Shown: positions 27,415 through 38,299 of the stretch, one piece after another
Position numbering within the stretch: the stretch's first letter is position 1
Layout: every line of letters starts with the position of its first letter
IMG/VR virus record: IMGVR_UViG_3300027782_000029
Location: 128,001 to 192,000 of that record
DNA from: a virus
Taxonomy: Duplodnaviria > Caudoviricetes
DNA length: 64,000 nt
Direction: 5' to 3' (one strand)
Program-made: the position numbers and the translations under genes
The notes under the pieces: model-generated
Database searches by the model: none
Seen by the model: the letters and a program-made list of their open reading frames with translations, nothing else
What the model was told of the DNA's origin: nothing

Positions 27415-28110
27415 TTATTTAAAGTTCTTTATGTACTTTTTGTTTGTTTTGTTCATCTCTGCATTTTTTATTTTAATTATTTGGTCCAGGGAATATACTT
27501 TATGTATTTCTCTTTCTATAAAGTATCCACTTTTCCAGTTAAGAACTTTCTCTACGTTAAGATTATAGTTGCTAAACACGTTACATATTATAGCACCTCC
27601 ATATATCTTTACGAGATTTTTCATCTTTTCTGCTGCTTCTTTTTTAACCTCTTCTGAAGGAAAAGTTTCTCTATCCAACTTTTCGTATAGCCAATTATAG
27701 GCTTGTCTTGTCAATGGTGACATATCAAGCTGGTCAAACACGCCTGTGCTCAAGACTCTTCTTCTGCTGCTCTCTATTTCTATGTCTTTTTTAATTACGT
27801 CTCTAAGGAGAGCAAACCAATCTCTTTCATTAAACTGTGGCCAACCACTTACCCAAAATAGTAACACGTGATTCTCTTCAGGGATAACACTTTTATTTAT
27901 GATGGGAGATAGACACGCACATGCAACAGATTTTTTAACAAAGTCTTTTGCCTTGTTCTCGTCATTAAGCTTCTTTTTTTGTACAGACCACATTTGACCT
28001 ATCTTTTCTTTCCAGTCAGCTGGACCAAGATAGATTGTTAAATACTTTTCTGCTACATCAAAAGAGATAGTGCCATCATTAACTACTGCCTCTAGAGATT
28101 GTATATACAT
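27415..28110 (-). CDS. Hypothetical protein
   Basis: 231-aa ORF, first gene of the replication module. Confidence 0.7.
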   Translation of the reverse strand: MYIQSLEAVVNDGTISFDVAEKYLTIYLGPADWKEKIGQMWSVQKKKLNDENKAKDFVKKSVACACLSPIINKSVIPEENHVLLFWVSGWPQFNERDWFALLRDVIKKDIEIESSRRRVLSTGVFDQLDMSPLTRQAYNWLYEKLDRETFPSEEVKKEAAEKMKNLVKIYGGAIICNVFSNYNLNVEKVLNWKSGYFIEREIHKVYSLDQIIKIKNAEMNKTNKKYIKNFK

Positions 28111-28155
28111 GCCTAATCCTCTTTATCTATACCTAAAGATATAAAACTGTCCTAT

Positions 28156-28186
28156 AAAAAATGAAACCCGCCCTATAGAGGGCGGG
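28156..28186 (-). terminator. Rho-independent terminator ending the structural module
   Basis: CCCGCCCT-ATAG-AGGGCGGG stem with a U-rich tail on the minus strand. Confidence 0.8.
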
Positions 28187-28240
28187 ATCAAATCAGCGTC
28201 ATGCTAGATAGTATATCATACATGAATATAGCCTATTGTA

Positions 28241-28564
28241 TTAGGAGGGTTTTGTGTCTCCAAATTTTTTTATTCTAATACTTTTTTCCAAGAGGAGGTG
28301 AGCAGTCAGTCCAGTCCATACTGTAATCGGAATTACTTTTTGTAGTGGCTTTTCTGTTCCTCTCCAAAAGGCTCTTGTTAGTGTCTCGACTTTATTGGTC
28401 TTTATTGCATAGACATCGTATGCTGCAACAAGTCCCAAAAAGAACGCCCAGGCATAGACTCCGGATTTTCTTTCATCTTTCTCTAATGAGATAGGAGATG
28501 AATAGTATTTATAAAGCTTTTGAAGAGGGGAGGCCTCTCCATTCTTGTACTTTGTTTTTTCCAT
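28241..28564 (-). CDS. Small membrane protein
   Basis: YAWAFFLGLVAAYDVYA and PITVWTGLTAHLLLE hydrophobic segments; start uncertain. Confidence 0.6.
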   Translation of the reverse strand: MEKTKYKNGEASPLQKLYKYYSSPISLEKDERKSGVYAWAFFLGLVAAYDVYAIKTNKVETLTRAFWRGTEKPLQKVIPITVWTGLTAHLLLEKSIRIKKFGDTKPS

Positions 28565-29135
28565 AATTGTTATTATAACCTGTTGGGATGGCCTGTCCAT
28601 ATGTAGCTGTGAATACTGCTCCACTAGTTACAAAGTGTGGCTCATCTGGTCTAAACACTCCAAATGAATTTGGTGCGCCCTGTTCTTGCGTTCTTGGGCC
28701 GTGGCCTGTATTAGAGAATACATTACTTGAAGTAACGCCGTCAAATATATTATTATTATAACGGTACTCGTTGTATCTTAGTTCATGTCCAAAGCTAGAA
28801 GGGAAAGCCTTTGAGCCGGCAAGACCCTTGAAAGTATCTGGGTTAAATCTACCAAAACCATAACCATTTCTAAAAGTTCCAGAAAGTGGGTGAATGTAAT
28901 AGCTTACACCTCTAAAGATCTGAGACATGAATACGTCACCTGGGAAGTATCCTGTGCCAGGAACGTGTGCATTATCTGGTGCCCCAGTCAATACTTGACT
29001 TGTATTGTAGAGTGGGTAGTAGGAGTAGGTCCCCTTGCCCTTTGCCTTGCCCGTCATAGAGGTATATGGATTGACCATATCGTTAGTATTAACGCCTCTT
29101 AGGACTGGTCTTGGACCAACGTAAAAAGTAGCCAT
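28509..29135 (-). CDS. Probable virion protein (Gly/Tyr/Phe-rich)
   Basis: 208-aa ORF with AGGAG RBS, at the end of the structural module. Confidence 0.65.
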   Translation of the reverse strand: MATFYVGPRPVLRGVNTNDMVNPYTSMTGKAKGKGTYSYYPLYNTSQVLTGAPDNAHVPGTGYFPGDVFMSQIFRGVSYYIHPLSGTFRNGYGFGRFNPDTFKGLAGSKAFPSSFGHELRYNEYRYNNNIFDGVTSSNVFSNTGHGPRTQEQGAPNSFGVFRPDEPHFVTSGAVFTATYGQAIPTGYNNNYGKNKVQEWRGLPSSKAL

Positions 29136-29205
29136 TTTATTCTCCTTGCAAAAAGTATTTAGCTATATAGTAGAAAGGTTTATCGATTTTCTAAGTCAAG
29201 TATAA

Positions 29206-30468
29206 CTAAATATAGTCAACTTCTATGATTAAATCTGATAAAACTGGTGGTATTTTGTCTTCTAGCATCTTCATGGTCACTTCTATATACACCTCAGTTG
29301 AGGTTCCTTGGTTTTCAAGGGAATAGGTAGACCCATTCTTGTAGAAAATCCTATACTGAAAAACGTCAGACAGAACAGTTTGAGATACGTTATATATCTT
29401 TGGTGACACATTGATAATCTCATTTATTACTTTTCCTGATGGGGCAGTAAATTTGACAAAGGATCTACCAGTTGGTAGGAACTTCTCATATCTAACATCA
29501 AAATCAGATAGACCATAAGTGTAAACGTACTTATTGTTTTCAACAATATAATTTCTCTGTCTCAAGAGGACTCTAAAGGCTGTTATGGGCTTTTCTGCAT
29601 AGTAGAAGTGCAGAGGACCAGCATTGACAATGGTGTCAGAACCAAGAGTAGGCCAGCCTCCAGGAGCTACCTTACTGAGTGCATCTAGATTGTCTTCATA
29701 CAGGCCCTGATCATTTAGGGGAACGTAGCTGTCTGCCTCCGTAAGGGTTGGGCTTGGCTTAGTAGTGTATTCCACCTTGACTACATCAACACCATTATGT
29801 GGATATGGAGAAAGGGTTAAGATATTAGAAAGAGTAGAACCTATAGAGCTAGAAGGAATCTTAACGTACAAGTAAAGACTAACGCCTAATGGGTTTGATG
29901 AGTTTAATATTACGTTTCTTCTCCAGACTTTATCTGGTTGATTTAGAAATGCGTTTTGAACTGGCGTTGTATCTATGATGGCACCATTACCGTCTCCTCC
30001 AGGGAGACTAAGGTCTATTCTTGTGTCTAGGAACTCTGGGATTATCTGACCTTTTGTTGGGTTGATAAACTTTATTTTAGAATGCGAAGAACCTGATACT
30101 ACAGGCAGCGATAGCAAGTTTGAATACTCATCAAACTGAAGAGCTTCAGATGTGGATACAGCATTAACGGTATTTACAAATGGCCCATTGTCTATCTGAG
30201 ACCTAGAGTAAAGTGATATCTGGTTTGTATTCTGGCTCTCTATGCTACGTATTCTTTCAAATAAATCATTGACAGCATTGGAAAGGAATATGTTATCTTT
30301 GATAATTCTTTCAATTATCTCATTAACTTTTTTATCTAGAACTCCATACTTATTATAGAGATATATCAGGTCTGCGTAGTTTTGCTCTGTTCTTTCGTTG
30401 AAGTCAGTGCTCGAAAGCGGACCATGGTATTGCTGTGGTTTTTTTTGTGTGTAAATAAATTCTGACAT
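29206..30468 (-). CDS. Probable baseplate/tail structural protein
   Basis: 420 aa; N-terminal GPLSSTDFN + coiled coil, beta-rich C-terminus; structural operon context. Confidence 0.6.
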   Translation of the reverse strand: MSEFIYTQKKPQQYHGPLSSTDFNERTEQNYADLIYLYNKYGVLDKKVNEIIERIIKDNIFLSNAVNDLFERIRSIESQNTNQISLYSRSQIDNGPFVNTVNAVSTSEALQFDEYSNLLSLPVVSGSSHSKIKFINPTKGQIIPEFLDTRIDLSLPGGDGNGAIIDTTPVQNAFLNQPDKVWRRNVILNSSNPLGVSLYLYVKIPSSSIGSTLSNILTLSPYPHNGVDVVKVEYTTKPSPTLTEADSYVPLNDQGLYEDNLDALSKVAPGGWPTLGSDTIVNAGPLHFYYAEKPITAFRVLLRQRNYIVENNKYVYTYGLSDFDVRYEKFLPTGRSFVKFTAPSGKVINEIINVSPKIYNVSQTVLSDVFQYRIFYKNGSTYSLENQGTSTEVYIEVTMKMLEDKIPPVLSDLIIEVDYI

Positions 30469-30480
30469 ATTTTACCTTAT

Positions 30481-30915
30481 TTATTGAAGATCTGTGATTT
30501 TTTCTAAGTCATCTAATTTCTTTTTTAGTAAAGAAATCTTTGAAGAATTTATTCCATTTTTATAGAACTGTAAAGCACTGTTGTTAAACCTGTTTAAAGA
30601 TACGACATCGTATTCTTCATTAACCTTGTCGTAAGTTACTTTTTGACCATAGATAGTCATAGACAAAAGCTGATCGATATAGTAACCAGGAGTTGCTGAA
30701 TCCAGACTATTATCACATAGATCAGATATTTCAGATATAGCCCCATAAATGTTTTCGGTATTCTTTGACAACCTTGCTATGTCCAACATTAGTTGGTCGT
30801 AATATAAATTTAAAGTATTACTTGATATCGGCCCATTAAATGGGGTCCTCTGCCTAGTAATGTTGGGCTGGAAAGTGTTTTTTCTTTTATTAAAAAGTGA
30901 GTATGTTTTTGCCAT
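30481..30915 (-). CDS. Probable structural protein
   Basis: 144 aa; GPISSNTLN motif shared with neighbours. Confidence 0.55.
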   Translation of the reverse strand: MAKTYSLFNKRKNTFQPNITRQRTPFNGPISSNTLNLYYDQLMLDIARLSKNTENIYGAISEISDLCDNSLDSATPGYYIDQLLSMTIYGQKVTYDKVNEEYDVVSLNRFNNSALQFYKNGINSSKISLLKKKLDDLEKITDLQ

Positions 30916-30921
30916 GATTTC

Positions 30922-33117
30922 CTAATGTTTAAACTTTACTGTATAAGAATTGATAGCTGGAGCAGAATAGGCAGACTGACCCCTAAGTAGGTCAGCCCTT
31001 AATCTTATGGATTGAGTTTGGTTTTGTGTATTTGAATAATAATACACTTTTGTTCCAGCTTGAATTTCTTCAGTTCTCCTGTAAGCAATCTCATAATTGT
31101 TTTGGTAATTAATTATTGAAAATACATTGTCAGAATTGGAGTAGTATAATCTTAAGTCTTCTATTCTTACTTCGTAAAGATAATTTCTATATGCTTTAAT
31201 TCCATCTACTGAGAGTATTGACTTGTCCTTCAATAGTGAGATTGTTCCATTAAAAGTAGTTTCAGTTCCAGAAGTATTATTTGTTGACTTATTGATTATG
31301 ATGATTAAATCATTCTGACCCTTTTTTATATCCAAGGTCATATTAGCGCTAAGCACTCCTGGTGTAAGCGTATTGTTTGAAGTGACGTCATTTCCGTTTA
31401 AGTATATTTTAATGTCCCAATACTGCGCAGACAAAGACTTTAAGAAAAGATCATTAATTTGAATATTGTTTTCTGCATAGAGGTGAGTAGATAGGTGAAT
31501 GCTACCATAAGGTATGTTGTCTGCAGTAAAAAAGTTCTGAGTATTGTCTATAGTGCTATTATAAGATGTGTATACAATGTCGTTTTTTTGACCTGTTAAA
31601 ATCTGCTGCCAAGTTTCTTTGTCTATACTTGAGCCACCTGATATGCTAACCTTTAATTGATTACTAGAAACATTCTCTAATATGTACGAGTTATATGGCT
31701 TAACTCCTTGTGGGAATTTAGCAGATCTATAAACATTAAAGCCCAAAACTGATGAATCGTTTTGATAAAAATAATCTGGTATAGGATTATTAAGAGTTTC
31801 AGACCTTGGTATTCTTACCATGCTTTGCAAACTAGAGACTATCTCGCCATTTACGCTATCCACTAAAGATGATTGCACAAAGTTAGAACCATTAAAGTTA
31901 ACTACTGTAGCACTCGTTGGATCTGATATCGCAGACTGAGATATTGAAGTCCAATTGAAATCATATATATTAGTTGCACTAGTGTTATCAGGGGCTACAT
32001 AGTATCTAATTTCTGTTCCCGTAGGAAGATGCTGGTCTACACTAATGCTGACAGCATCTATAGCTAACTTGGAATTATTCTGGCTTGGAAGACTCATTGG
32101 AGTGCTGACCATAGTGGCTACAGCATCATAGTACGGAGCAGAAATAATTAATTCATCTATTCTAAAATCATAGTTATAAACTATTGAATTGTTTTCTATT
32201 GTAGTATAGTCTGGTTCAGATTTAGTAAGATATAATTCAACTGCATTTGTTTTTTGCGGAGTCAAATGAAAAGAAAATCTATCATAATCTGCTGAATTAG
32301 ATTTCATAAAAGATGCAGAGTTTGATCTAGTTACTTGATCTACAACTATGATTCCTATGTCGACTGGTTTTTGAGAAGATATCTTTCCTTCAACCAAAGA
32401 TATAGACTCGCTAGCAGAAGAAACAGGAACAGTTATCTTTAGTGTGCATATTCCCAATGAGGAAGACTTGTGAGAGTACGACCACTCTAGGTTGTTTAAA
32501 CCATTGAAGACATTTGAAAAATTTACAACCTCGCTCTTAACTTCAGCACCTTCAAATATTATTGAAACATTTGTATTATTTGCTGTGTTTAATATATTTC
32601 CAACATAATCAAAAAGTCCAGAAGTTAATTTTGGTATAGTCGCTTTTCGTACGGAAGTATCTATGTGTGCATTTGAGTAATTGAGATCGACCATATCTAT
32701 GTTATTGAAAGCGTTTGTGATCGAGTAATAGAATCCATCTGTATTTGCAAGCGAAAACATTTGATCGTCTACTTTTTTTTCTAGCTCAACCCTTTTGCTT
32801 CTTATGTCTTCTAGCCTGGTAGTGTAAGCGTTGACTATATCATAGAGTTCTTCTACCTGCTCATGATACACATCATACAAGACGTCTACATTAAACAAAG
32901 TGTGCACCATTACTCTATTCAACTTTTCTGGATCAATTACTTGATTAGAACTTATGTCATTATAGGGAACTGGTATTGTATTGCCGGCTTGAAATCTAGA
33001 AAAATACCTAGAATAAATTGCGTTGATTTCATTATCTGAAGGAGCTTGACCTAGGGCGTAATACATCTTGTATATTGTGTCTAAGAATCTTTTCTTTTGT
33101 ACACTCTGTATGCTCAT
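30922..33117 (-). CDS. Probable baseplate/tail structural protein
   Basis: 731 aa, Ser/Asn-rich, helical N-terminus then beta-rich. Confidence 0.6.
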   Translation of the reverse strand: MSIQSVQKKRFLDTIYKMYYALGQAPSDNEINAIYSRYFSRFQAGNTIPVPYNDISSNQVIDPEKLNRVMVHTLFNVDVLYDVYHEQVEELYDIVNAYTTRLEDIRSKRVELEKKVDDQMFSLANTDGFYYSITNAFNNIDMVDLNYSNAHIDTSVRKATIPKLTSGLFDYVGNILNTANNTNVSIIFEGAEVKSEVVNFSNVFNGLNNLEWSYSHKSSSLGICTLKITVPVSSASESISLVEGKISSQKPVDIGIIVVDQVTRSNSASFMKSNSADYDRFSFHLTPQKTNAVELYLTKSEPDYTTIENNSIVYNYDFRIDELIISAPYYDAVATMVSTPMSLPSQNNSKLAIDAVSISVDQHLPTGTEIRYYVAPDNTSATNIYDFNWTSISQSAISDPTSATVVNFNGSNFVQSSLVDSVNGEIVSSLQSMVRIPRSETLNNPIPDYFYQNDSSVLGFNVYRSAKFPQGVKPYNSYILENVSSNQLKVSISGGSSIDKETWQQILTGQKNDIVYTSYNSTIDNTQNFFTADNIPYGSIHLSTHLYAENNIQINDLFLKSLSAQYWDIKIYLNGNDVTSNNTLTPGVLSANMTLDIKKGQNDLIIIINKSTNNTSGTETTFNGTISLLKDKSILSVDGIKAYRNYLYEVRIEDLRLYYSNSDNVFSIINYQNNYEIAYRRTEEIQAGTKVYYYSNTQNQTQSIRLRADLLRGQSAYSAPAINSYTVKFKH

Positions 33118-35625
33118 TTATACTACCTTCATTCCTATCTTGTAGGAGTATATAATTGGAGTAGAATTAACTACTCTATCTTTCTTCATTACAGCTTTAA
33201 ATACAACTGAATTTATTTCTTGTGGAACTTCTGGAGAGTTAAAGTATGCTATTTGACTAAGGTTTGTTGTAGTGGTTAAGTTTTGATTGAAAGCCAATAC
33301 TTCTGGTATTCCAGCAAAATTCTTTTCCATTGGAGAAATTTGTATCCACTTTGATCCATTGTCTACGCTAATATAGTAATCTATTCTTGATGTGCCAATG
33401 ATTTCCCCAGAGGAATCTACCTCAACAGGAGAGTGGTCTTCAACTTGAAGGCTCAATAACTCTAGCTTACCGTATATCTTATATGGCTTAGATACAATCT
33501 CGCATACGTCAGCATAAGACTCATAGCCTACAAAAATATCTCTGATCCCGATTGCTGCTCTATCTGCTTTAAGGTATTCAAAATTTCTTTTTAAAAACAA
33601 ATCTTTATTTTTTTGAGCGTCCGTTGCATCCTGAGAAGTTTCTCTAGTCAGGTTTGTTGCAGTTGGAAAATTAACTACCTTAATAAAGAATGAATTAGCT
33701 AATTGAGAAACCGCCAAAGTTCCAGCACTAATTGCAACAGAAAAAGATAAACCGCTTACTGCAGATACTTTATACTTACCTCTTGTTACTAGGTCTAAGT
33801 CTGAAGAAGTGTTTATGTAAACATAATCATTAACTGCAAGACCATGAGCCTCTTGACAAGTAACGGTTGCAGTACCAGATGCTGCAGATATGGATGTTAT
33901 CTTCTTCTTAAGCGAGTTAACATATTGTTCCATATCTTGTTCTGCTAAAACAAAAATTACTAAGGGACCAGATTTATCGTCTGTAGCATTTTCTTGCAAG
34001 ATTGTACCCAATACTGAATTAGCTGTAGTTTGTTCTGTATACTTTTCTGCCATTGTCTTAGATGAAACAAATACTCTAAAAGAACCGACTCCCTGAATAT
34101 ACTTCAACTGTCTGTAATAGTAAGTCGTTGCATCTTTTATAAAGTTAATAGTACTTATGGTTCTATTAGTTAATTCAAAATACTTTACATTAACCCTAAC
34201 AATATTTGTGGTAGACGATTTTTTTTCAGTAGGTTTTCCTATGAATGGGACTACAACACTTTTGTCCCATGATACTGCTTCTGACTTATAGTTGTTGGCG
34301 TCAGAAACTATTGCGCTAGCAGTAAATCTATCTTGCCCCATCCATTTAACTGCTCCCTGTGTAGCTAGGTCTCTAGTCTCATATGGAGTCCAGTATGCAT
34401 GTTTGATGCTAACCTCTTTAAACTCAGCTTGTTCAAAAGTAATATATATTTTGTTTGCTTTAATCTTTTGAAACTTAAAAACACCCTTATTATAGAAGTA
34501 TCTATTTTTTAAAGACAGTGATGGAGCTGAGATGTCAGAGCCTATGTATATTGATTCGTTAGAAAAAAGATCTGTTGTCCTATTAACTGTTTCATCTAAG
34601 AGTTTTATTGAAGTAATTTTTATATTTTTAATAGAAGCTATTTGATCATATCCAAAAAATGGAACCACAGAGATGTGATTTATATATTCACTTTTTTTAT
34701 TTGGCGTTTGTATCTCCACCGTTAATTTAAGTGGTTTAGTTTTATCAAAAGATGACCAATTAATAAATGATTGATTTATGCCAGTAGTAGTGTTTGAATA
34801 TAAGAATTCATAATCTCTTCTAGAAACTGTGCCAAGTACGCCAAGCGTATCCCCAAACTGCTTAACGTTAATAGCCTCATACTCAAAGTATGTAGCTGGA
34901 CTCTCGTCAAGCATCGCTAGTTCATTAGACCTTAGTAAGGCGCTATCCTTTTCATAAAGAAATGGATTTCCTTTAGATTCATCCGTTTGGAATAAGTGAT
35001 AGCTGCCAGCTAGTCCATTGGATATGTCAACGGTTTGGATATTCTTAGTTATCACATCGTTGTAGTTTTGATTAACTATTTTAATAGATCCAGACATTTT
35101 CTTTATCTTGTTAGTTGGCAAACAAGCAAAGCCATTTGAAACTTCTGGCATTCTGTTTTGTTTAATTTTGTCAACATCTACAAAATCTAAATTATTAAAT
35201 AAGTCACCAAAATAAGTAATGTTAGTTGCTGAACTAGAAGAATATAAATCTAAAACATTTATTTTAGATCTTATTCTTGAAATAAGATTCTTTTCTAGCT
35301 CTATTTGATTAGAAATTTGATTAAATGTATTGACATAGTTAGCAACTAATGAATCAAATTGATTCAATATCATGTTGACATCTTTAGATATATTTGAAGA
35401 AAAATTATTAAACTTCTCAGATGATGGTATCTCACCCTTGTTGAAGAACTTTAATTCAGATAGAGGAGAGCCAATTGAAGTTTGAATTTGAGACAAAAGA
35501 TCCTTGTATGCTTTGTCAAAATCTTTTGGATTGTTATTCTCATTTTTTGCATACTTTAACAAAAAGTCTTGAACTTTAGATATTACCTGGCTATAAGCAA
35601 GGGTGTCTGTAGATAATTGCGCCAT
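33118..35625 (-). CDS. Probable baseplate/tail structural protein
   Basis: 835 aa; GEIPSSEKFN N-terminal motif. Confidence 0.6.
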   Translation of the reverse strand: MAQLSTDTLAYSQVISKVQDFLLKYAKNENNNPKDFDKAYKDLLSQIQTSIGSPLSELKFFNKGEIPSSEKFNNFSSNISKDVNMILNQFDSLVANYVNTFNQISNQIELEKNLISRIRSKINVLDLYSSSSATNITYFGDLFNNLDFVDVDKIKQNRMPEVSNGFACLPTNKIKKMSGSIKIVNQNYNDVITKNIQTVDISNGLAGSYHLFQTDESKGNPFLYEKDSALLRSNELAMLDESPATYFEYEAINVKQFGDTLGVLGTVSRRDYEFLYSNTTTGINQSFINWSSFDKTKPLKLTVEIQTPNKKSEYINHISVVPFFGYDQIASIKNIKITSIKLLDETVNRTTDLFSNESIYIGSDISAPSLSLKNRYFYNKGVFKFQKIKANKIYITFEQAEFKEVSIKHAYWTPYETRDLATQGAVKWMGQDRFTASAIVSDANNYKSEAVSWDKSVVVPFIGKPTEKKSSTTNIVRVNVKYFELTNRTISTINFIKDATTYYYRQLKYIQGVGSFRVFVSSKTMAEKYTEQTTANSVLGTILQENATDDKSGPLVIFVLAEQDMEQYVNSLKKKITSISAASGTATVTCQEAHGLAVNDYVYINTSSDLDLVTRGKYKVSAVSGLSFSVAISAGTLAVSQLANSFFIKVVNFPTATNLTRETSQDATDAQKNKDLFLKRNFEYLKADRAAIGIRDIFVGYESYADVCEIVSKPYKIYGKLELLSLQVEDHSPVEVDSSGEIIGTSRIDYYISVDNGSKWIQISPMEKNFAGIPEVLAFNQNLTTTTNLSQIAYFNSPEVPQEINSVVFKAVMKKDRVVNSTPIIYSYKIGMKVV

Positions 35626-35635
35626 AATAATAATC

Positions 35636-38299
35636 CTAATTTATTTTATTCTTAAATAAGTTATCATATTTTATTAAATTAATCAATAAAGAATCTCTTC
35701 TTTCAGAAGAAAATTTAAATATTAATCTATCTACTGAATAGTTTTGAGGATCAGACGTTAAAGATCTCATGACAACCCTGTACCTAAAGGACTTAGGAAC
35801 GTACTGATATAGTACTTTAAATCCTGTTTTAATTTGTTTATTAAATATGATTGAGTCCCCCGAATGAATGAACAAAACTAAGTCTGACGTATAGAACTGT
35901 TCTATTGAAAAATTATCAATTAAATAATTAGATAGATTAACTGCAGCACTTCCGTCACTCATTAAAATTTTGACTGGTGAATAATTTGAATAATCATGAT
36001 TATTTATTGCTGCAGAAGATGTAGTCACTGTACCTAGGACTGGAGAATAGATTGCATTAATAAACTTTGAACTGTCTATATACGGGTCATTAGATAGTCT
36101 GACCCTATTCCCAGCTGAAGTGCCACTAAAGTATTCTCCATTAGATCCATTATAATTTGGACTTATTAACATTGGAGTTGCTACGCCCCTAGCGTGAAGG
36201 TCAACCTCTTTATATAGGCCTACGTTGCTTGGGGTATAAGAAACAAAATATGCACTGTTTGGATTGTATGAATTAATTTTTATACTTCTGCCGTTTAAAG
36301 CTGTAATACCATTAATCTTTGTTGCGGAATTTTCATATAGGTAGATAGATGTTAGGTCTGGGTTAAACCTTAGAGTGCATTCTCCATTAGAGTTTGGAAA
36401 AATCTTTTCAGATCTTATTGAGCTATCTCCATATGGGATAATTGGTTTCCAATCAGATTCGCTAGTTGGACTATCTACTACAGAGACACTAAACTCTATT
36501 GAGGTCTTATCATTATTTGGCTGAGAAGACTTGTTTGTTATCTCACTGAAATAATCAGTTAACATTTTTGTTTTGATTGGTCTTCCCTTGGTGTCAATTT
36601 TTCTACTAACAAAAAATGATTTTGTTTTTGATGCGTCTGATGGACTGCTTGTACTTAATGTAAACATTCCAAAGTTTTTAAAAGAAAAACTATATTCATA
36701 CATATTTATTGTTTCTACACTGTTTAAAATATTTTCTGCGTCTGACTTATCAAAGGCAGCAAAGTTCTGCTCAAAAAAGTGCAAGTTTTTATCGACTATA
36801 TTAGAGTCACCGATTGGAGCTAGTCCACTAGACAGCATTGATTGCACTGACTTTGTAGCGTCTCTTGCATTGGATTCAATATACGTCGATGCTAATTGAT
36901 TCCTTAATCTAGATCCTATCGTATAAGAAACTACAGAAAAAATCATATTAGATAGAAGTGATGTATTTTTAAACTTATTAAAAGAATCAAGATCTGAATA
37001 GTATCCATCCTTAGTAAGTTTTTCTACCACACCAAAGTTCTTCTTAGACAAAGAGTCTGGATAATAGCTAGTAAAATTATAATTATATACTTTTTGATTT
37101 CTTAATATATACGATTTTTCAGTGTCTTTTAAGAAAAATTTAATAACATAGTCTTGTAGGGTATCATGTTTGTCAGATTTAGACTTCCTTATCTCCGATA
37201 CTATTTCAGATATAAGTTTAGAACTAGACTCTGATTGTATTGGAGAGATCTTTGTTCTTGCATAATTTGTTTGAGCGAAGATAACTATGATTGATTTTAC
37301 TTGATAGGTTTGGTCAAAATCAATATCTTGATCTTTTTCTAAAGAATAAGTTGCGTCCAATAATGGTTTCTTTGAAAGAACTTTTGAAGATCTTGTTGAA
37401 GCTCTTGTATCCTCCGTCTCTACAACTATTTGTGCTACCAACAGTCCTTTTGTATAGTTTGGAGATATTCTTAATCTAGCAAGAGGGAGAAGTCTGTTGA
37501 ATTCTATTTTGACCGCAACCTGTGCAGAAGATGGGACTTCAACTCCATTTCTATAGTTTGAATACTCTGGTTGATCAAAAATAGAAGTCTTAATAACAAA
37601 AGGGCTTTTAGCAGTTAGGCTCCAGCATTGGGAGTTTACACTATTGAATATCTTTTCAACACCCGTATCAGAAGATATAAACTGTTTAGAAAAATTAGTA
37701 TCATACGTTATACTTTTAATCTCATTGTTTGAAATGTTATTTAAAAGAAAATTATAACTTTGAGAATATTTTAGAGTTCCTGTTGCACTATCTACGTATG
37801 CTAGCTGACTATTAACAAAAGAAGAACCATCTCTATCTGGAATAATTATATTTTGATTTTCATTTATATATGAATTTTGTTCATTATCAAAATTTTCTAT
37901 AAAAGAAGAGTTATACAAATCGTCTTCCCCAGATATGAATGAATAGTTATTTATATAAGAATCCATATAGCTAATATCTTTTTCTATTTTTTGCAATTCA
38001 CCACCAAATACATTTGACATAGAAGACCCTAAAAGCATTATTGATTGAGAAATGTCGTATTGAGTTCTTACTCTTAGGTCAAGATCCCTAAACATGTCAA
38101 GTATTACAGTTCTTTGAATTGGCTGCATTTGCCTAATCATAGCTGGAGAAAAGTCTGACGGACCAGTAAATGATGAAATCTTATTAATCAATCTTCCTAA
38201 TTCTGATTTTTCTGCGGAAGAATCGGCTAGTATAGACTTGATTGCTTTTCTTGATTGGGAGCTAAAAGATGTGACATAATCACTTAATTGAGTTTGCAT
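35636..38299 (-). CDS. Probable baseplate/tail structural protein
   Basis: 887 aa, Ser-rich, abuts both neighbours. Confidence 0.6.
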   Translation of the reverse strand: MQTQLSDYVTSFSSQSRKAIKSILADSSAEKSELGRLINKISSFTGPSDFSPAMIRQMQPIQRTVILDMFRDLDLRVRTQYDISQSIMLLGSSMSNVFGGELQKIEKDISYMDSYINNYSFISGEDDLYNSSFIENFDNEQNSYINENQNIIIPDRDGSSFVNSQLAYVDSATGTLKYSQSYNFLLNNISNNEIKSITYDTNFSKQFISSDTGVEKIFNSVNSQCWSLTAKSPFVIKTSIFDQPEYSNYRNGVEVPSSAQVAVKIEFNRLLPLARLRISPNYTKGLLVAQIVVETEDTRASTRSSKVLSKKPLLDATYSLEKDQDIDFDQTYQVKSIIVIFAQTNYARTKISPIQSESSSKLISEIVSEIRKSKSDKHDTLQDYVIKFFLKDTEKSYILRNQKVYNYNFTSYYPDSLSKKNFGVVEKLTKDGYYSDLDSFNKFKNTSLLSNMIFSVVSYTIGSRLRNQLASTYIESNARDATKSVQSMLSSGLAPIGDSNIVDKNLHFFEQNFAAFDKSDAENILNSVETINMYEYSFSFKNFGMFTLSTSSPSDASKTKSFFVSRKIDTKGRPIKTKMLTDYFSEITNKSSQPNNDKTSIEFSVSVVDSPTSESDWKPIIPYGDSSIRSEKIFPNSNGECTLRFNPDLTSIYLYENSATKINGITALNGRSIKINSYNPNSAYFVSYTPSNVGLYKEVDLHARGVATPMLISPNYNGSNGEYFSGTSAGNRVRLSNDPYIDSSKFINAIYSPVLGTVTTSSAAINNHDYSNYSPVKILMSDGSAAVNLSNYLIDNFSIEQFYTSDLVLFIHSGDSIIFNKQIKTGFKVLYQYVPKSFRYRVVMRSLTSDPQNYSVDRLIFKFSSERRDSLLINLIKYDNLFKNKIN

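Noticed and set aside
28509-28624. Overlap of 28241..28624 with 28509..29135 as another frameshift
   Set aside because: There is no in-frame CGG in the overlap, and the downstream gene has its own ATG (28564) and a distinct membrane-protein character.
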